Shown: piece after piece, positions 29,655 through 40,134 of the stretch
How the letters are laid out: each line of letters begins with the position of its first letter
Position numbering within the stretch: the stretch's first letter is position 1
Notes under the pieces: model-generated
What the model saw: the letters and a program-made list of their open reading frames with translations, nothing else
What the model was told of the DNA's origin: nothing
The model's database searches: none
NCBI GenBank assembly: GCA_018831195.1
Contig: JAHJDP010000031.1
Span: forward strand, 7,151-71,150
From: Candidatus Eiseniibacteriota bacterium
Lineage (GTDB): Bacteria; Eisenbacteria; RBG-16-71-46; CAIMUX01; JAHJDP01
Direction: 5' to 3'
DNA length: 64,000 bases
Made by a program: the position numbers and the translations under genes

Positions 29655-30422
29655 ATGATTGAAATCTTGAACAAAATGATCGAACTCCTGCAGCGTGGGG
29701 AAACCTTTGCTGTGGCCTCGGTGCTCCGCGCTAAAGGATCCCCGGGACGGATCGGTCACAAAATGATAGTTCGATTCGATGGCTCCACGATCGGGACCGT
29801 CGGGGGCGGTTCAGTGGAAGAGCAAGTTAAAGCCGACGCCATGAATGCGCTGAAAAAGGGCGAAGGGATTTTCAAAGCCTACGACCTCTCTCAAAAATCA
29901 CCCACCGGCATCGACAGTCTATGCGGAGGAAGACAAGACATGGCCATCGAGATTGTTCCCGGAAGGCCTCATCTTTTAATCATGGGCGCGGGTCATATGG
30001 GCCGCAGTATCAGCGACCTCTGCCGGCTTCTCGATTATGGCTACTCGGTCGTAGACGATCGAGCGGAGTTGACGAATCGAGATGACTGGGATAACGCGCA
30101 GGGTGTTTTTTGTTCTGATCCGGCTGAGTTCTTGCGTACCGCCGATGTGACACCCTATACGCATTTGCTGATCATGAATTATACACATCAGCTGGACGGC
30201 GAGTCGTTGCAAGCGGCGCTGGAGCGTTTCCCCGGCATTATCGGCATGATCGGCTCCACTCGGAAGCGGGACGCCATTTACAAGTCACTATCGGATAAAT
30301 TGCGGGAAAAAACCTCATCCGTCAGATGCCCGGTCGGGTTGACATCGATCCCGGCAAGATCCCCCGCCGAGATCGCCGTGGCGATTCTTGGTGAGATCAT
30401 AGGAGACCGGTACGGAGCCTAA
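29655..30422 (+). CDS. xdhC: XdhC/CoxI molybdoenzyme maturation factor
   Basis: GSPG..G.KM, GTVGGG.VE, CGG, GAGHMG, GMIGS.RK, SPAEIAVAI. Confidence 0.88.
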   Translation: MIEILNKMIELLQRGETFAVASVLRAKGSPGRIGHKMIVRFDGSTIGTVGGGSVEEQVKADAMNALKKGEGIFKAYDLSQKSPTGIDSLCGGRQDMAIEIVPGRPHLLIMGAGHMGRSISDLCRLLDYGYSVVDDRAELTNRDDWDNAQGVFCSDPAEFLRTADVTPYTHLLIMNYTHQLDGESLQAALERFPGIIGMIGSTRKRDAIYKSLSDKLREKTSSVRCPVGLTSIPARSPAEIAVAILGEIIGDRYGA

Positions 30423-30465
30423 CGCCCGGGAGGACTCCGCTTAATATGTTTAGGAGATTCGCGGT

Positions 30466-30834
30466 ATGCCTTTTTCATATTCCATTGATCTTGAGAAGGG
30501 TGTTGTAAATGTCAGAGGCTGGGGTGAAATATCATGGGATAATCTCAGCGAACACCTTGGCCACCTTCTCTCGGATCCGGCCCTGCCGCATCCTTATCGG
30601 CATCTTGTGGACCTGCGCGAAGCTGAAAATTTCACTTTGACTTCCGATGACGCCCGGAAGACGGCCGCTCTTTTTGCACAAAGGCCGGCACTCATAGACG
30701 GCAGGCTCGCCTTCATTGCAACCGAACCGCTCGTGTACGGCATGGTCCGGGTTTTGCAGGCCGTGTCCAGGAAAACTATCAATATCGGTGTCTTCTCAAA
30801 CCGGGCTGAAGCGGAAGCCTTCCTTGAATTGTAA
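30466..30834 (+). CDS. Hypothetical protein (SpoIIAA/STAS-SEC14-like)
   Basis: AGGAG RBS, LVDLR...RLAF...YGMVR...VFSNRAEAEAFL pattern. Confidence 0.6.
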   Translation: MPFSYSIDLEKGVVNVRGWGEISWDNLSEHLGHLLSDPALPHPYRHLVDLREAENFTLTSDDARKTAALFAQRPALIDGRLAFIATEPLVYGMVRVLQAVSRKTINIGVFSNRAEAEAFLEL

Positions 30835-30897
30835 TACCAGAAATTCATTGAATTATAAATCCACAAGTTTTCTGTTTGTATATGCATGGAGACCGCA

Positions 30898-31386
30898 ATG
30901 ACAGGAAGAACAAAAACCGCCCCTGCATTTTCGCTTCCCGACAAGGATGGCCGGATTGTCAATCTGTCTGATTTTTCCGGCAAATGGATTATACTTTATT
31001 TTTACCCAAAAGACAACACCTCGGGCTGTACGCTGGAGGCCATCGACTTCACAGCTATAAAAAAGGATCTGGCAAGGAGAAATGCTATTGTCATCGGTGT
31101 GAGCCCCGATCGCCCCGACTCGCACAAGAACTTCATCCAGAAACACAGGCTGGATGTCCTGCTGCTGTGTGATGAAGAGAAGAAGGTGCTGAAGAAATAT
31201 GGAGCCTGGGGACTCAAGAAGAATTATGGCAAAGAATACGAAGGCGTCATCAGAACAACAGTTCTGATTTCACCTGACGGCAAGATCGCCGATATCTGGC
31301 CTAATGTCAAAGTCAGGATCAAAAGATCCGGCGGCGAAGTGAAACACGCCGATGCCGTCCTGCAGAGGCTGGATGAACTGAATTAG
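30898..31386 (+). CDS. bcp: Peroxiredoxin Bcp/PrxQ
   Basis: LYFYPKDNTSGCTLEA, GVSPD, SHKNF. Confidence 0.92.
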   Translation: MTGRTKTAPAFSLPDKDGRIVNLSDFSGKWIILYFYPKDNTSGCTLEAIDFTAIKKDLARRNAIVIGVSPDRPDSHKNFIQKHRLDVLLLCDEEKKVLKKYGAWGLKKNYGKEYEGVIRTTVLISPDGKIADIWPNVKVRIKRSGGEVKHADAVLQRLDELN

Positions 31387-31414
31387 CCCGGGAAATTCAG
31401 GGGGGTTGGAAATC

Positions 31415-32299
31415 ATGACGTCACAAGACAATTCGAGCAAAATGAACGAGACAATCCGTCTCCTCCACGAACGGGCGAGTCTGCGAAGTTATGATGACCG
31501 GGCAATCGAGCCGGAGGTTATGTCGGCAATCCTTGAAGCGGGCATGCATGCCCCTACCGGGGGAAATCTGCAGCCGTACTCGATTATTCAGATAAATAAA
31601 CCGGAGACACTGGAGAAGCTCGGAGAGATGTGCGAGCAGAAATTCATCGGTACGGCCCCGGTCAATCTGGTCTTCTGTCTCGACTTGCGACGGAATAGGC
31701 GCTTGGCCGAAATCGGCGTCGCTCCTTATACAGCCCAGCACTCCTTCCGGCATTTTTGGGTGGCGTTCCAGGACACATTGATTGCCGCGCAAAATATCTG
31801 TACCGCGGCCGACGCCTTAGGTCTCGGCTCATGCTATGTCGCGACAATATTGGAGCATATTGAGGAGATCTGCCGCATGTGCCGTCTTCCGGAGGGTGTC
31901 TTTCCCATCGTATTGCTCACTCTGGGATATCCCAAAACCAAGCCCACGATCAGAAAGAAGTTCAGCACCGATATCATGGTTCATAAAGAGACCTACAAGG
32001 ATATCCCCGATGACGTACTCTATAGCGCCTATATTGAGAGAGAAGACAACAAACAACTCATCCTCAATGAGGATCGCCTGGAAAAGATAAAGCGGGTCTG
32101 TCAGCGCACGCACGGCGAAGACTATGCGGAGAAATGTGAAGAAGCGATTAAGAAGGCCGGCTATATCAACCCTGTTCAAAACAGATTCGGCCTGCACTAC
32201 AAAGCCGATGAGATGCCGCAGGGGAATTTGGATTTTCTTGCTCAGCTCGAGAACCAGGGTTTTGATTGGTTCAAGGAGTGGGTCCCCAGGTCAGATTGA
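31415..32299 (+). CDS. Nitroreductase (NfsA/Frp-like)
   Basis: RASLRSY, APTGGNLQPYSII, AAQN..AADALGLGSCY, LTLGYP. Confidence 0.88.
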   Translation: MTSQDNSSKMNETIRLLHERASLRSYDDRAIEPEVMSAILEAGMHAPTGGNLQPYSIIQINKPETLEKLGEMCEQKFIGTAPVNLVFCLDLRRNRRLAEIGVAPYTAQHSFRHFWVAFQDTLIAAQNICTAADALGLGSCYVATILEHIEEICRMCRLPEGVFPIVLLTLGYPKTKPTIRKKFSTDIMVHKETYKDIPDDVLYSAYIEREDNKQLILNEDRLEKIKRVCQRTHGEDYAEKCEEAIKKAGYINPVQNRFGLHYKADEMPQGNLDFLAQLENQGFDWFKEWVPRSD

Positions 32300-32351
32300 G
32301 CGTGGAGGCATCTTCCTAAAAAATTTCCAGAATAATCATCCTACCCTAGAC

Positions 32352-32380
32352 TGAACCTGACGTCCCATCGCATCGTCTAA
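32352..32380 (+). promoter_or_regulatory. ECF-sigma-type promoter
   Basis: TGAACC-N16-CGTCTAA 44 bp upstream of an ECF sigma gene; likely autoregulatory. Confidence 0.6.
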
Positions 32381-32424
32381 TAGCTGAACTCATTGACAGA
32401 TCCAAGAGGAGCGCTTGACCGCGA

Positions 32425-32949
32425 ATGGCTCTTGAGAATGAAAACGCCGTTATCCGGCGCTGCCAACGCGGCGAAATCGACGCCTTTGAGACCATCTATC
32501 ATTATTACGAGGAACAACTTATGGCGGTGGCGTTCCGCCTGCTGAGCAACCGCGAGGAGGCCGAAGAGGCCCTTCATGATGCGATGTTCAAGGCCTACCG
32601 CAAAATAGGACAATTCCGCCATCAGGCCTCGTTCTCAAGCTGGCTGCACCGGATCGTCATCAATATCTGCTATGACCGGTTGCGCAAAATGAAACGCCGC
32701 GGGGCACAGAAGCCCTTGGAGGAGCTCGGGGAGATCGGCAGGGAGGACAATATGGAACTGCGGCGGCGCCTGCATGAAGCGATTGCCGGGTTGCCTCCAA
32801 AGATGAAGACCTGCTTTGTGCTGTTCGTGCAGCAGGGGTACAAGCAACAGGAGATCGCCGACATGCTGGATATCAAGTTGGGAACGGTCAAGCTCCATGT
32901 TTACGAAGCCCGGACCCGTCTGCGCGAGACTCTGGCCGATCAAATGTGA
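32425..32949 (+). CDS. ECF sigma factor
   Basis: AEEALHDAM.KAY, F.SWLHRIVIN, EIADMLDIKLGTVK. Confidence 0.93.
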   Translation: MALENENAVIRRCQRGEIDAFETIYHYYEEQLMAVAFRLLSNREEAEEALHDAMFKAYRKIGQFRHQASFSSWLHRIVINICYDRLRKMKRRGAQKPLEELGEIGREDNMELRRRLHEAIAGLPPKMKTCFVLFVQQGYKQQEIADMLDIKLGTVKLHVYEARTRLRETLADQM

Positions 32950-33040
32950 AAGGGGTCGGCTGAAGTCTATGATGGAAGTATCTGAAAGAAGAGTCCGACA
33001 AAGATGATTCATAGAAGTGTTTCATAGAGGTGTCCACCCG

Positions 33041-33724
33041 ATGAATTGCGACAAGTATCGACAGCGCGAGATTGGTGAAATCACACCGGACGAATTCGCC
33101 CGACACGCAGAGACGTGTCGGATCTGCGGAGACGCCCTCCGCATCGATCGCCGTATCGAATCCGAGGCGGCCGGCCTCCCGATTCCGGATCCCACTCCCG
33201 GCCTCTGGTGGAAAATCGCCGTCGATCTCGAAAGGGAACAGATCCGCGACCGATTGCTTTGGCGTGATCTGTCGGCTCATCTCAAGAAATGGATCCGTCC
33301 ACAACACCATCCGGTGTTGAAAATCGCCGCTGTATCCGTTCTTGCGATCGGCCTGGCTTTCATCTTATACCCGCGCTCCTCTCCAACCATCAGGAGAAAT
33401 CTGTTAACAGAACAGGCGCTCGATCGGGCTGAAGCGCTTGAAAACGAATATGTACAAGCGATCGAGGAACTGGAGTTGCTTGCCCAACCGCTGATCGCCG
33501 ACATTGATACCGAGTTGCGGCTGCACTATCGTTCACGCCTCGAGACGATCGATACGCAAATTAGACGCTGCCGCGCCGCGCTGGAAAGCGATCGCGGCAA
33601 CGCTCATATTCGGCGCTATCTGCTCACCGCCTATCAGGATAAACAGGAAACAATAGCCAACCTTATTAGACTATCCGAACAATCAAAGAAATCTCCAAGG
33701 ATGAGAAAGGAGCTTGAGATATGA
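33041..33724 (+). CDS. Zinc-binding (ZAS) anti-sigma factor
   Basis: HAETCRIC (HxxxCxxC), one TM helix, helical extracytoplasmic domain. Confidence 0.8.
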   Translation: MNCDKYRQREIGEITPDEFARHAETCRICGDALRIDRRIESEAAGLPIPDPTPGLWWKIAVDLEREQIRDRLLWRDLSAHLKKWIRPQHHPVLKIAAVSVLAIGLAFILYPRSSPTIRRNLLTEQALDRAEALENEYVQAIEELELLAQPLIADIDTELRLHYRSRLETIDTQIRRCRAALESDRGNAHIRRYLLTAYQDKQETIANLIRLSEQSKKSPRMRKELEI

Positions 33725-35307
33725 CAACTCGAACACGACCGACGATGGGATTTCTCGCACAGTCTATTATAGCATCCGCCTTTTTAATCGCGTCGCCATT
33801 TCTCGTCGCATCCCCGGCATCAGCCGGCAAAACCGAGAATTTTACATGGAGTACCGAGATGATCAGCGATGAGGTTGTGCCGACGCATACACTTATTATA
33901 TCCAGTCCCGGTGGATCCATTACGATCGAACCGAGCGATCAGAACATTATCTCATTGAAAGCGACACTCGAGATGGTCAATGTCGACAAAAGAAATATGG
34001 ACCGCTTTGCACAAGAAACGAAAGTCACTCTGGAACCGCGTAAGGACAGCTATCAGGTTATTGTTAAAACTCCCGAATCGATTGGGATAACATTGAAAAA
34101 TCTACCCAGAATCGTCAGGGGTTGTATTGAAGAACTCAAAGGCGGCGGGTGGAACTATTTTCCGTCGGCGGAAGTCGATTTGGAAATAAAAATTCCTCGT
34201 GACATGCCGGCGCAAATCGAAACCAGCTACGGCAACGTCTCGGTGACCGGTATCAGCGGAGAGATTGAGATTGTTAATGAAAGCGGCGAGGTCACGCTTC
34301 AAGACATTGGGGGCGGCGCCAAGATACGAAACAGCTATGGCAAAGTCAGCGTCTTACACTGCTCCGGCGATATCGCCGTCATTAATAGCAGCGGCGAAGT
34401 CGATATCGAGGGCGCCGGCGGCACCGTCGATGTTCAATCCTCCTATGAAGACATCTCCGTTCGGCAGGTCTCAGGAGCCGTCATCCTTCGCAATGAGAGC
34501 GGCCGGGTGACAGCGATCGATATCGGTGGTGATGTGCAAATTGAGAGTTCCTATGAGCCGGTGCGGGTCGCGCACGTAACCGGCGGGGCGACGATCACTT
34601 GCGAGAGCGGCGCGATCAACGTTCTGGACATCGGCGGCGACGCCCACATCAAAACCTCCTATGAACCGGTCGAGCTGAGCGATGTCAAAGGAAGCGCCGG
34701 GATCGACGCCTCGAATTCCGAGATCTCGGTCGAGGGGGTTTTGGGATCCGTCGATATTAAGTCCAGCTATGAGCGCGTTCACGTTTTGAAGGTCGGCGGA
34801 TATTGCACTGTCCGAACCGAATCAGCGCAAGTGATATTGGGTGAAATCACGGGAGAGGTGAACGTCCGATCGAGCTACGAATCTATCGAAGCCCGCAATA
34901 TCGGCGGCGCCCTCTCGATCGACGGAGATTCCAGCCCCGTCATCGTCGATAGGGTCGACGGACCCCTCAAGATCCAGAACAGCTATGAATACGTCATCGT
35001 GAAGGGCACGAAATCCTCGGTGCAGATCACCGGGAGCAGCAGCCCGGTTGAGATTTCTGAGATCCGCGCCTTCCCCAGCGATGGCCTGATCGATGTCGCC
35101 ACATCATATGAACGAATCACCCTCTACCTCCCCGCGGATCCTTCGGCCCGCATCCGGGCTGCGACCAGCGACGGCGAGATCGAATCCGACTTCCCCATGA
35201 CCTACCAGAAGAATGGGGAGTGGAGAGCGGAGATGGAGCTGGGTTCGGGAGGGTGTGAGATCACCCTTGAGACCTCAGGCGACATCTATATAAAGAAGGC
35301 TCATTGA
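33721..35307 (+). CDS. DUF4097 (toastrack) beta-repeat protein
   Basis: Signal peptide, ~19-aa repeats alternating SSYE/ESG turns, ending TSGDIYIKK. Confidence 0.85.
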   Translation: MTTRTRPTMGFLAQSIIASAFLIASPFLVASPASAGKTENFTWSTEMISDEVVPTHTLIISSPGGSITIEPSDQNIISLKATLEMVNVDKRNMDRFAQETKVTLEPRKDSYQVIVKTPESIGITLKNLPRIVRGCIEELKGGGWNYFPSAEVDLEIKIPRDMPAQIETSYGNVSVTGISGEIEIVNESGEVTLQDIGGGAKIRNSYGKVSVLHCSGDIAVINSSGEVDIEGAGGTVDVQSSYEDISVRQVSGAVILRNESGRVTAIDIGGDVQIESSYEPVRVAHVTGGATITCESGAINVLDIGGDAHIKTSYEPVELSDVKGSAGIDASNSEISVEGVLGSVDIKSSYERVHVLKVGGYCTVRTESAQVILGEITGEVNVRSSYESIEARNIGGALSIDGDSSPVIVDRVDGPLKIQNSYEYVIVKGTKSSVQITGSSSPVEISEIRAFPSDGLIDVATSYERITLYLPADPSARIRAATSDGEIESDFPMTYQKNGEWRAEMELGSGGCEITLETSGDIYIKKAH

Positions 35308-35334
35308 TCCGGCCTTCCGTCAAAGACCGGATCA
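35305..35334 (+). terminator. Hairpin at the end of the DUF4097 gene
   Basis: tgatccgg...ccggatca stem; no clear U tract. Confidence 0.35.
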
Positions 35335-35451
35335 GCAGCTTGGGTTGCAACCGCTGGCCGCATTGAAGACCGCCACAATGAAGCTTGCCGTCGTGAATAT
35401 TTTCATACTATCATAGGTTAGTACTAAATTTTGAAGTTCTCCGGAGGGAAA

Positions 35452-36276
35452 ATGGACTTCGAACGCAGCGTCCAAGTCTTTGAAGATCTTGGGCTTAGTC
35501 GACTCGAGGCCGAAATCTATCTTTATCTCGTCCAGAATGCCCCCGCGACCGGGTATCGGGTGGCCAAAGGGCTCAACCGGCCGAACTCCAACACCTATAA
35601 GTCCATCGAGACACTGGCTTCAATGGGAATGCTGCTCGCTGAGGACGCCCATCGCCGGCAATGGCGGGCGATTCCCGTAAAGGACCTCCTCGACCGGATG
35701 GAGCGCCGGTTCCAGGAAAGAAAAATCTGGGCTGAAAAGAATATCCGTCCCCATGAACCCGTCGAAACCGATGACAGAATCTATCACCTCACAACAACTG
35801 ACCAGGTTTTCGAACGGGCCGAGTGGATGCTGGAGAGATCCAAACGAGATGCCTTCATCGCCCCATTTCCAAAAGTTTACACCCGCCTATGCGAACCGAT
35901 TCGCCGGGCGATCTCATGCGGCATTAAGGTCGCCCTCCTTGTTTATGAACCGACTCAGATGCCGGGGGCCCAGGTCGCCCTGCATAAAGACGCCCGTTCT
36001 CTCCTCGAGCGCCGGCCGGGACAGTGGCTGACAATGGCAACCGATGCTTCGCAATGGCTGCTGGCCACCATCGCCCCCGACGGCGATACGGTCCAGCAAG
36101 GGGTCTGGACCGCCAATCCGATGGTCGCCCGGGCTTACCACCATTGCGCCCACTCGGAATTCCTCATTTCGGCCATGCTGGCCGATCCCGCCGCCCACCA
36201 TCCGGCACCGGCGCTCTATGACCGGTGGATCCATAAACTGCCCTACCCCAGGGAAAACCCAACGAGAGCAGAGTGA
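35452..36276 (+). CDS. TrmB-family transcriptional regulator
   Basis: LGLSRLEAEIY..L...ATGYRVAK...NTYKSIETL winged HTH plus effector domain. Confidence 0.85.
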   Translation: MDFERSVQVFEDLGLSRLEAEIYLYLVQNAPATGYRVAKGLNRPNSNTYKSIETLASMGMLLAEDAHRRQWRAIPVKDLLDRMERRFQERKIWAEKNIRPHEPVETDDRIYHLTTTDQVFERAEWMLERSKRDAFIAPFPKVYTRLCEPIRRAISCGIKVALLVYEPTQMPGAQVALHKDARSLLERRPGQWLTMATDASQWLLATIAPDGDTVQQGVWTANPMVARAYHHCAHSEFLISAMLADPAAHHPAPALYDRWIHKLPYPRENPTRAE

Positions 36277-37019
36277 AGCGCAAAGGACGCACCATGAAAT
36301 CCGGTTCATTCTGGAGACAGAAACCTCTCTGGTGGGCTTATCGGATCGCCATGGGTTTGGCGGTCTTGCTTGTCGTCATGCCGAGTCTCTATCTCGGCAT
36401 TCATCGATGGATACCCATACCCATGACCTCTTTCATGATCCAGGATCGTCTCCATGCCAGATTCGCCGGAGAGCAGGATTATATATTTCGTTATGAATGG
36501 ACCCCGTGGCATCAGATCTCCCCACATGCAGGTATCGCCGTTGTGGCGGCGGAAGACCAAAAGTTTCCATGGCATTCCGGCTTCGATGTCGAGGCGATCG
36601 AAGAGGCCTGGGAAGATCATCAGAAGGGCGGGCGCCTGCGCGGGGCGAGCACGATTTCGCAGCAGGTCGCCAAAAATCTCTTTCTATGGCCAGGGCGCAA
36701 CTTTGTTCGCAAGGGTTTTGAAGCCACCTTCACTATCCTGATCGAATTCTTCTGGCCAAAGAAACGCATCCTTGAGGTTTATCTCAATACGGCGGAAATG
36801 GGCCGCGGCGTCTTCGGTGTCGGGGCGGCCGCCCGGCTTTACTTCAACAAATCACCCGGAAATCTCACAGCGCATGAATCCGCCCTGCTCGCCGCCGTCC
36901 TGCCGAATCCCATCCGTCTTCGCGCTGATAGACCCTCGGCCTACGTCAACCGGCGCGCGGAATGGATTCAAAAGCAGATGCGGCAACTCGGTGGGGCCTA
37001 TTACCTCAGCGGGATTTGA
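36273..37019 (+). CDS. mtgA: Monofunctional peptidoglycan transglycosylase
   Basis: AAEDQKF..HSGFD, RGASTISQQVAKNLFLW, RK..E, EVYLN. Confidence 0.95.
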   Translation: MKRKGRTMKSGSFWRQKPLWWAYRIAMGLAVLLVVMPSLYLGIHRWIPIPMTSFMIQDRLHARFAGEQDYIFRYEWTPWHQISPHAGIAVVAAEDQKFPWHSGFDVEAIEEAWEDHQKGGRLRGASTISQQVAKNLFLWPGRNFVRKGFEATFTILIEFFWPKKRILEVYLNTAEMGRGVFGVGAAARLYFNKSPGNLTAHESALLAAVLPNPIRLRADRPSAYVNRRAEWIQKQMRQLGGAYYLSGI

Positions 37020-37120
37020 CCGGCGGATCCCTCAACGACAACCTCAACCGGCGTTGATCGGCCGGAGTTCCCAAACCTCCCCTGGACATCCGGCCGCGGC
37101 TGCTCCATCATTAGCCGGTC

Positions 37121-38053
37121 ATGACTCCATTACATAAACATAAGCATGGTCACAGCCATGGACACCGACCGGCACCGTCCCAGGCCGGTGACTATCACCG
37201 CACCTTTATCATTGGGATCTGTCTCAATGCCGGTTTCGTATTCATTGAGGCCTTGTCTGGAATTATTTCCGGGTCGCTGGCCCTGCTGGCCGACGCGGGG
37301 CACAATCTCAGCGATGTCTTGGGCCTTATCCTTGCATGGGGCGCCACCCGGCTCGCAACCCGGGCGCCAACACCTTATCATACCTATGGTTTTCGCCGTT
37401 CGACGATCTTCGCCGCCCTGCTCAACGCGATTATCCTGCTGTTCGCCATCGGCGGCATCGCCTGGGAATCGATGCGCCGGTTGAACAATCCCCCACCCGT
37501 AGCGGGCGGCACCATAATGATTGTGGCGGCGGCCGGCATTGTCATCAATGGACTGACCGCCTGGCTCTTCTGGTCGGGCCGGCGGCATGATCTCAATATC
37601 CGCGGAGCTTTCCTCCATATGGCGGCCGACACATTGGTTTCGGCCGGCGTCGTCCTCGCCGGGCTGGCCATCACACTGACACATCTGCTCTGGATCGATC
37701 CTCTCATCAGTTTCATTATTGTGGTGGTCATTTTTGCCGGAACATGGGGATTGTTAAAGGAATCGGTTCTCATGGCGATGGATGCCGTCCCAAAGGGAAT
37801 CGATCCTGTCGCCGTTCGCGCTTATCTGACGGATCTCCCTGGCGTCACAGCCGTGCATGACCTTCACATTTGGGCGACAAGCACTACGCAAACAGCCCTT
37901 ACCGTACATTTGGTAAAGCCCGATCCCACAGATGATGACGCGGTGCTCACTCACATTTGCATCGCTCTCAAAAATGATTTCGGTATCAGCCATCCCACAA
38001 TACAGTGGGAGCGGAACGATTGCGCAGCGCCCTGCGCTCCCCGGTCTTCATGA
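37121..38053 (+). CDS. Cation diffusion facilitator (CzcD/ZitB-like)
   Basis: His-rich N-terminus, ALLADAGHNLSD, AFLHMAAD, VHDLHIW. Confidence 0.93.
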   Translation: MTPLHKHKHGHSHGHRPAPSQAGDYHRTFIIGICLNAGFVFIEALSGIISGSLALLADAGHNLSDVLGLILAWGATRLATRAPTPYHTYGFRRSTIFAALLNAIILLFAIGGIAWESMRRLNNPPPVAGGTIMIVAAAGIVINGLTAWLFWSGRRHDLNIRGAFLHMAADTLVSAGVVLAGLAITLTHLLWIDPLISFIIVVVIFAGTWGLLKESVLMAMDAVPKGIDPVAVRAYLTDLPGVTAVHDLHIWATSTTQTALTVHLVKPDPTDDDAVLTHICIALKNDFGISHPTIQWERNDCAAPCAPRSS

Positions 38054-38066
38054 TAAATACACTTTA

Positions 38067-39245
38067 TTATTTCTCTGTAATATAAATATTTCCGTTTGTT
38101 GTGCGAATCTCCACGGGAATTTTCCCCCCGCGAATGTCTCCGGTTCCATATAAATACTTCTTCGGGCTGCCCTCCGATGTATCCCAATCCCGACTGCCTT
38201 CCGTTTCAATATCAAGTTCTGTGACGAATTGAAAATCCTGACTGCTGTTGCGTGTAAAGGCAATTCTGAGATCGAGGTCCATGGAAAAGCCTTTTGGAAC
38301 GACCAATCTAATATCGCCATACCCGGAAGCCAGTCTGACACCTTTCCCTTTTCCGTCACCCTCTCCGGTAATCGTGACGTCGATGTCCCCTGCCCCCGTA
38401 CCGGCCGTCACTGAACCGCCTTCCAACTCGATTTCAATATCACCGCCGCCCGTTTTGGCATGAACGAATTTCGCCGCATTCTCTATATGAATATCACCGC
38501 CACCGGTCGTGACATCGGCCCCTTCCGGCGCCTCATCGACATTAATTTCTCCTCCTGCGGTCAAAATCAAAATGGTTTCCGGATCATAATCGTCTGCCGA
38601 ACCCCCACCGGGCCCTCGTGAATGCCCGGTACGATCGCGCACATTGCGATATTGGACATTCCCACCGCCGGATGTGGCCTTCAGATCTCCAATAACATTT
38701 TCGACAAGCACCGGGCCGCCGCCCGTCGTGATTTTTCCGTCCATTTCGCAATCGATGACTTCGATTTCGCCGCCGCCGCTGGTCAAATGCGCCTCGCCTT
38801 TACATCTCTTTATTGAAATGCTCCCACCCGCAGTTCTCCCGGAAAAGCGTCCTTCAAGATTGATCAACTCCAATCCGCCGCCATTCGATCGGAATTCGAT
38901 ATCACACATCCTTGGGACTTTAACTCTGAAATGTAACGAACTCGTTTGACGATGCCTGCCCTTCACCCACTCGGCAACTACCTCGCAGCCATCTTGATCT
39001 TCTTCAATCGAAATGTTATGATCCTCCACATCGCCGCTATTGTCGTACCAGGCAATGCGGATCACTGATTTGTCCCAGCCCTCAGCGAGTACGGATCCGC
39101 CCTCATTTATATCGAGCCTGAGCAACTGACCCGGTTTAAAGACCAGCTCTTCCACCTTCTCGTCCTGCCCGGAGGCCATACCCGTTATAAACAAAAGGCT
39201 TATTGAAACCAGAGTAACCCAAAGATTTTCGCGAGCGGTAAGCAT
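38067..39245 (-). CDS. DUF4097 beta-repeat protein
   Basis: Signal peptide, repeated T(S/G)GG.I units, ending TTNGNIYITEK; AGGAGG RBS. Confidence 0.85.
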   Translation of the reverse strand: MLTARENLWVTLVSISLLFITGMASGQDEKVEELVFKPGQLLRLDINEGGSVLAEGWDKSVIRIAWYDNSGDVEDHNISIEEDQDGCEVVAEWVKGRHRQTSSLHFRVKVPRMCDIEFRSNGGGLELINLEGRFSGRTAGGSISIKRCKGEAHLTSGGGEIEVIDCEMDGKITTGGGPVLVENVIGDLKATSGGGNVQYRNVRDRTGHSRGPGGGSADDYDPETILILTAGGEINVDEAPEGADVTTGGGDIHIENAAKFVHAKTGGGDIEIELEGGSVTAGTGAGDIDVTITGEGDGKGKGVRLASGYGDIRLVVPKGFSMDLDLRIAFTRNSSQDFQFVTELDIETEGSRDWDTSEGSPKKYLYGTGDIRGGKIPVEIRTTNGNIYITEK

Positions 39246-39355
39246 ATCAATCCCTCCTTATATGGGCGGGCCGCGAACCCGCCTCAGATTCACCATAAAC
39301 CACTAATACTGATTGGTTGAATATTACATATACAATTCAACACCGCACAGCCGGA

Positions 39356-40134
39356 TTACAAACCCTTGACGTGCTCAGCAGCATACTGCACGACAGCCGG
39401 ATTTCCTTCCTGATCGGAAGATCGGATCGCCTGCCAAATTGCATCCGCCTCGACCGCCTGGCTGGACAATGCCTCCAGCGCCTTCAATCGCAATTGAACC
39501 GCCGGATCATTCTTCAACGTTATAAGCAGCGCATCCTTAACGGTGGAGTCAAATGTTTGTTGCTCCAGAGCCGTCATCGCTTTTAAACGAACCACCTGAT
39601 TCGGATCATTGTGCAATGTATAAACTAGAGCTTCTTCAAGCCGCGGATCCCGTAATTGCGGGACCACCGCCATCGCTTTCAGCCGCCCTCCCAAGGTGTG
39701 TGAATCTAGGCTGCTAATTGTTCAAGACCTCGAAGGAAGGGGTCGCCGGCGCGTCCCCCCAAGCCCATGCTCCATCGCCCCATGAATATTGCAGCCACAA
39801 GCAGAACCATCACTCCGGCAGGAATTGCAAGCGGATGAATTCGCAGAAGATCCCGCAAATCCCTCCAGTATCCCCGGCCGCCGAAGGAACCGGCCGGCGG
39901 CCGCCGATTCAAAATTTCTTCCAATACGCGTCCCCGGACCGCATCACATACAGATGCCGTCGGTTCCGGAACCATAGCCTCTCCGGCCCCATCCAGATCC
40001 TCATGCCACTTGACCCGCTCCCGGCATTCACCGCATTGGCGGCAGTGTTCATTGAGTTTCTCCCGGTCGCTCACCTCAATCACGCCGGCAACAAGATCCT
40101 CAATCATCCTTTGGAAGAGTCCGCAATCCTTCAT
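39356..40134 (-). pseudogene. ZAS anti-sigma factor with HEAT repeats, split by a frameshift
   Basis: N-part 39706-40134 (HCRQCGEC plus TM helix) stops at TAG. The HEAT part (DPNQVVRLKAM, DPAVQLRLKAL) continues in a different frame to 39356. Confidence 0.7.

Noticed and set aside
39694-39708. Amber readthrough (pyrrolysine or recoding) joining the anti-sigma halves
   Set aside because: The downstream HEAT ORF is in a different frame from the TAG, so readthrough would not join them.
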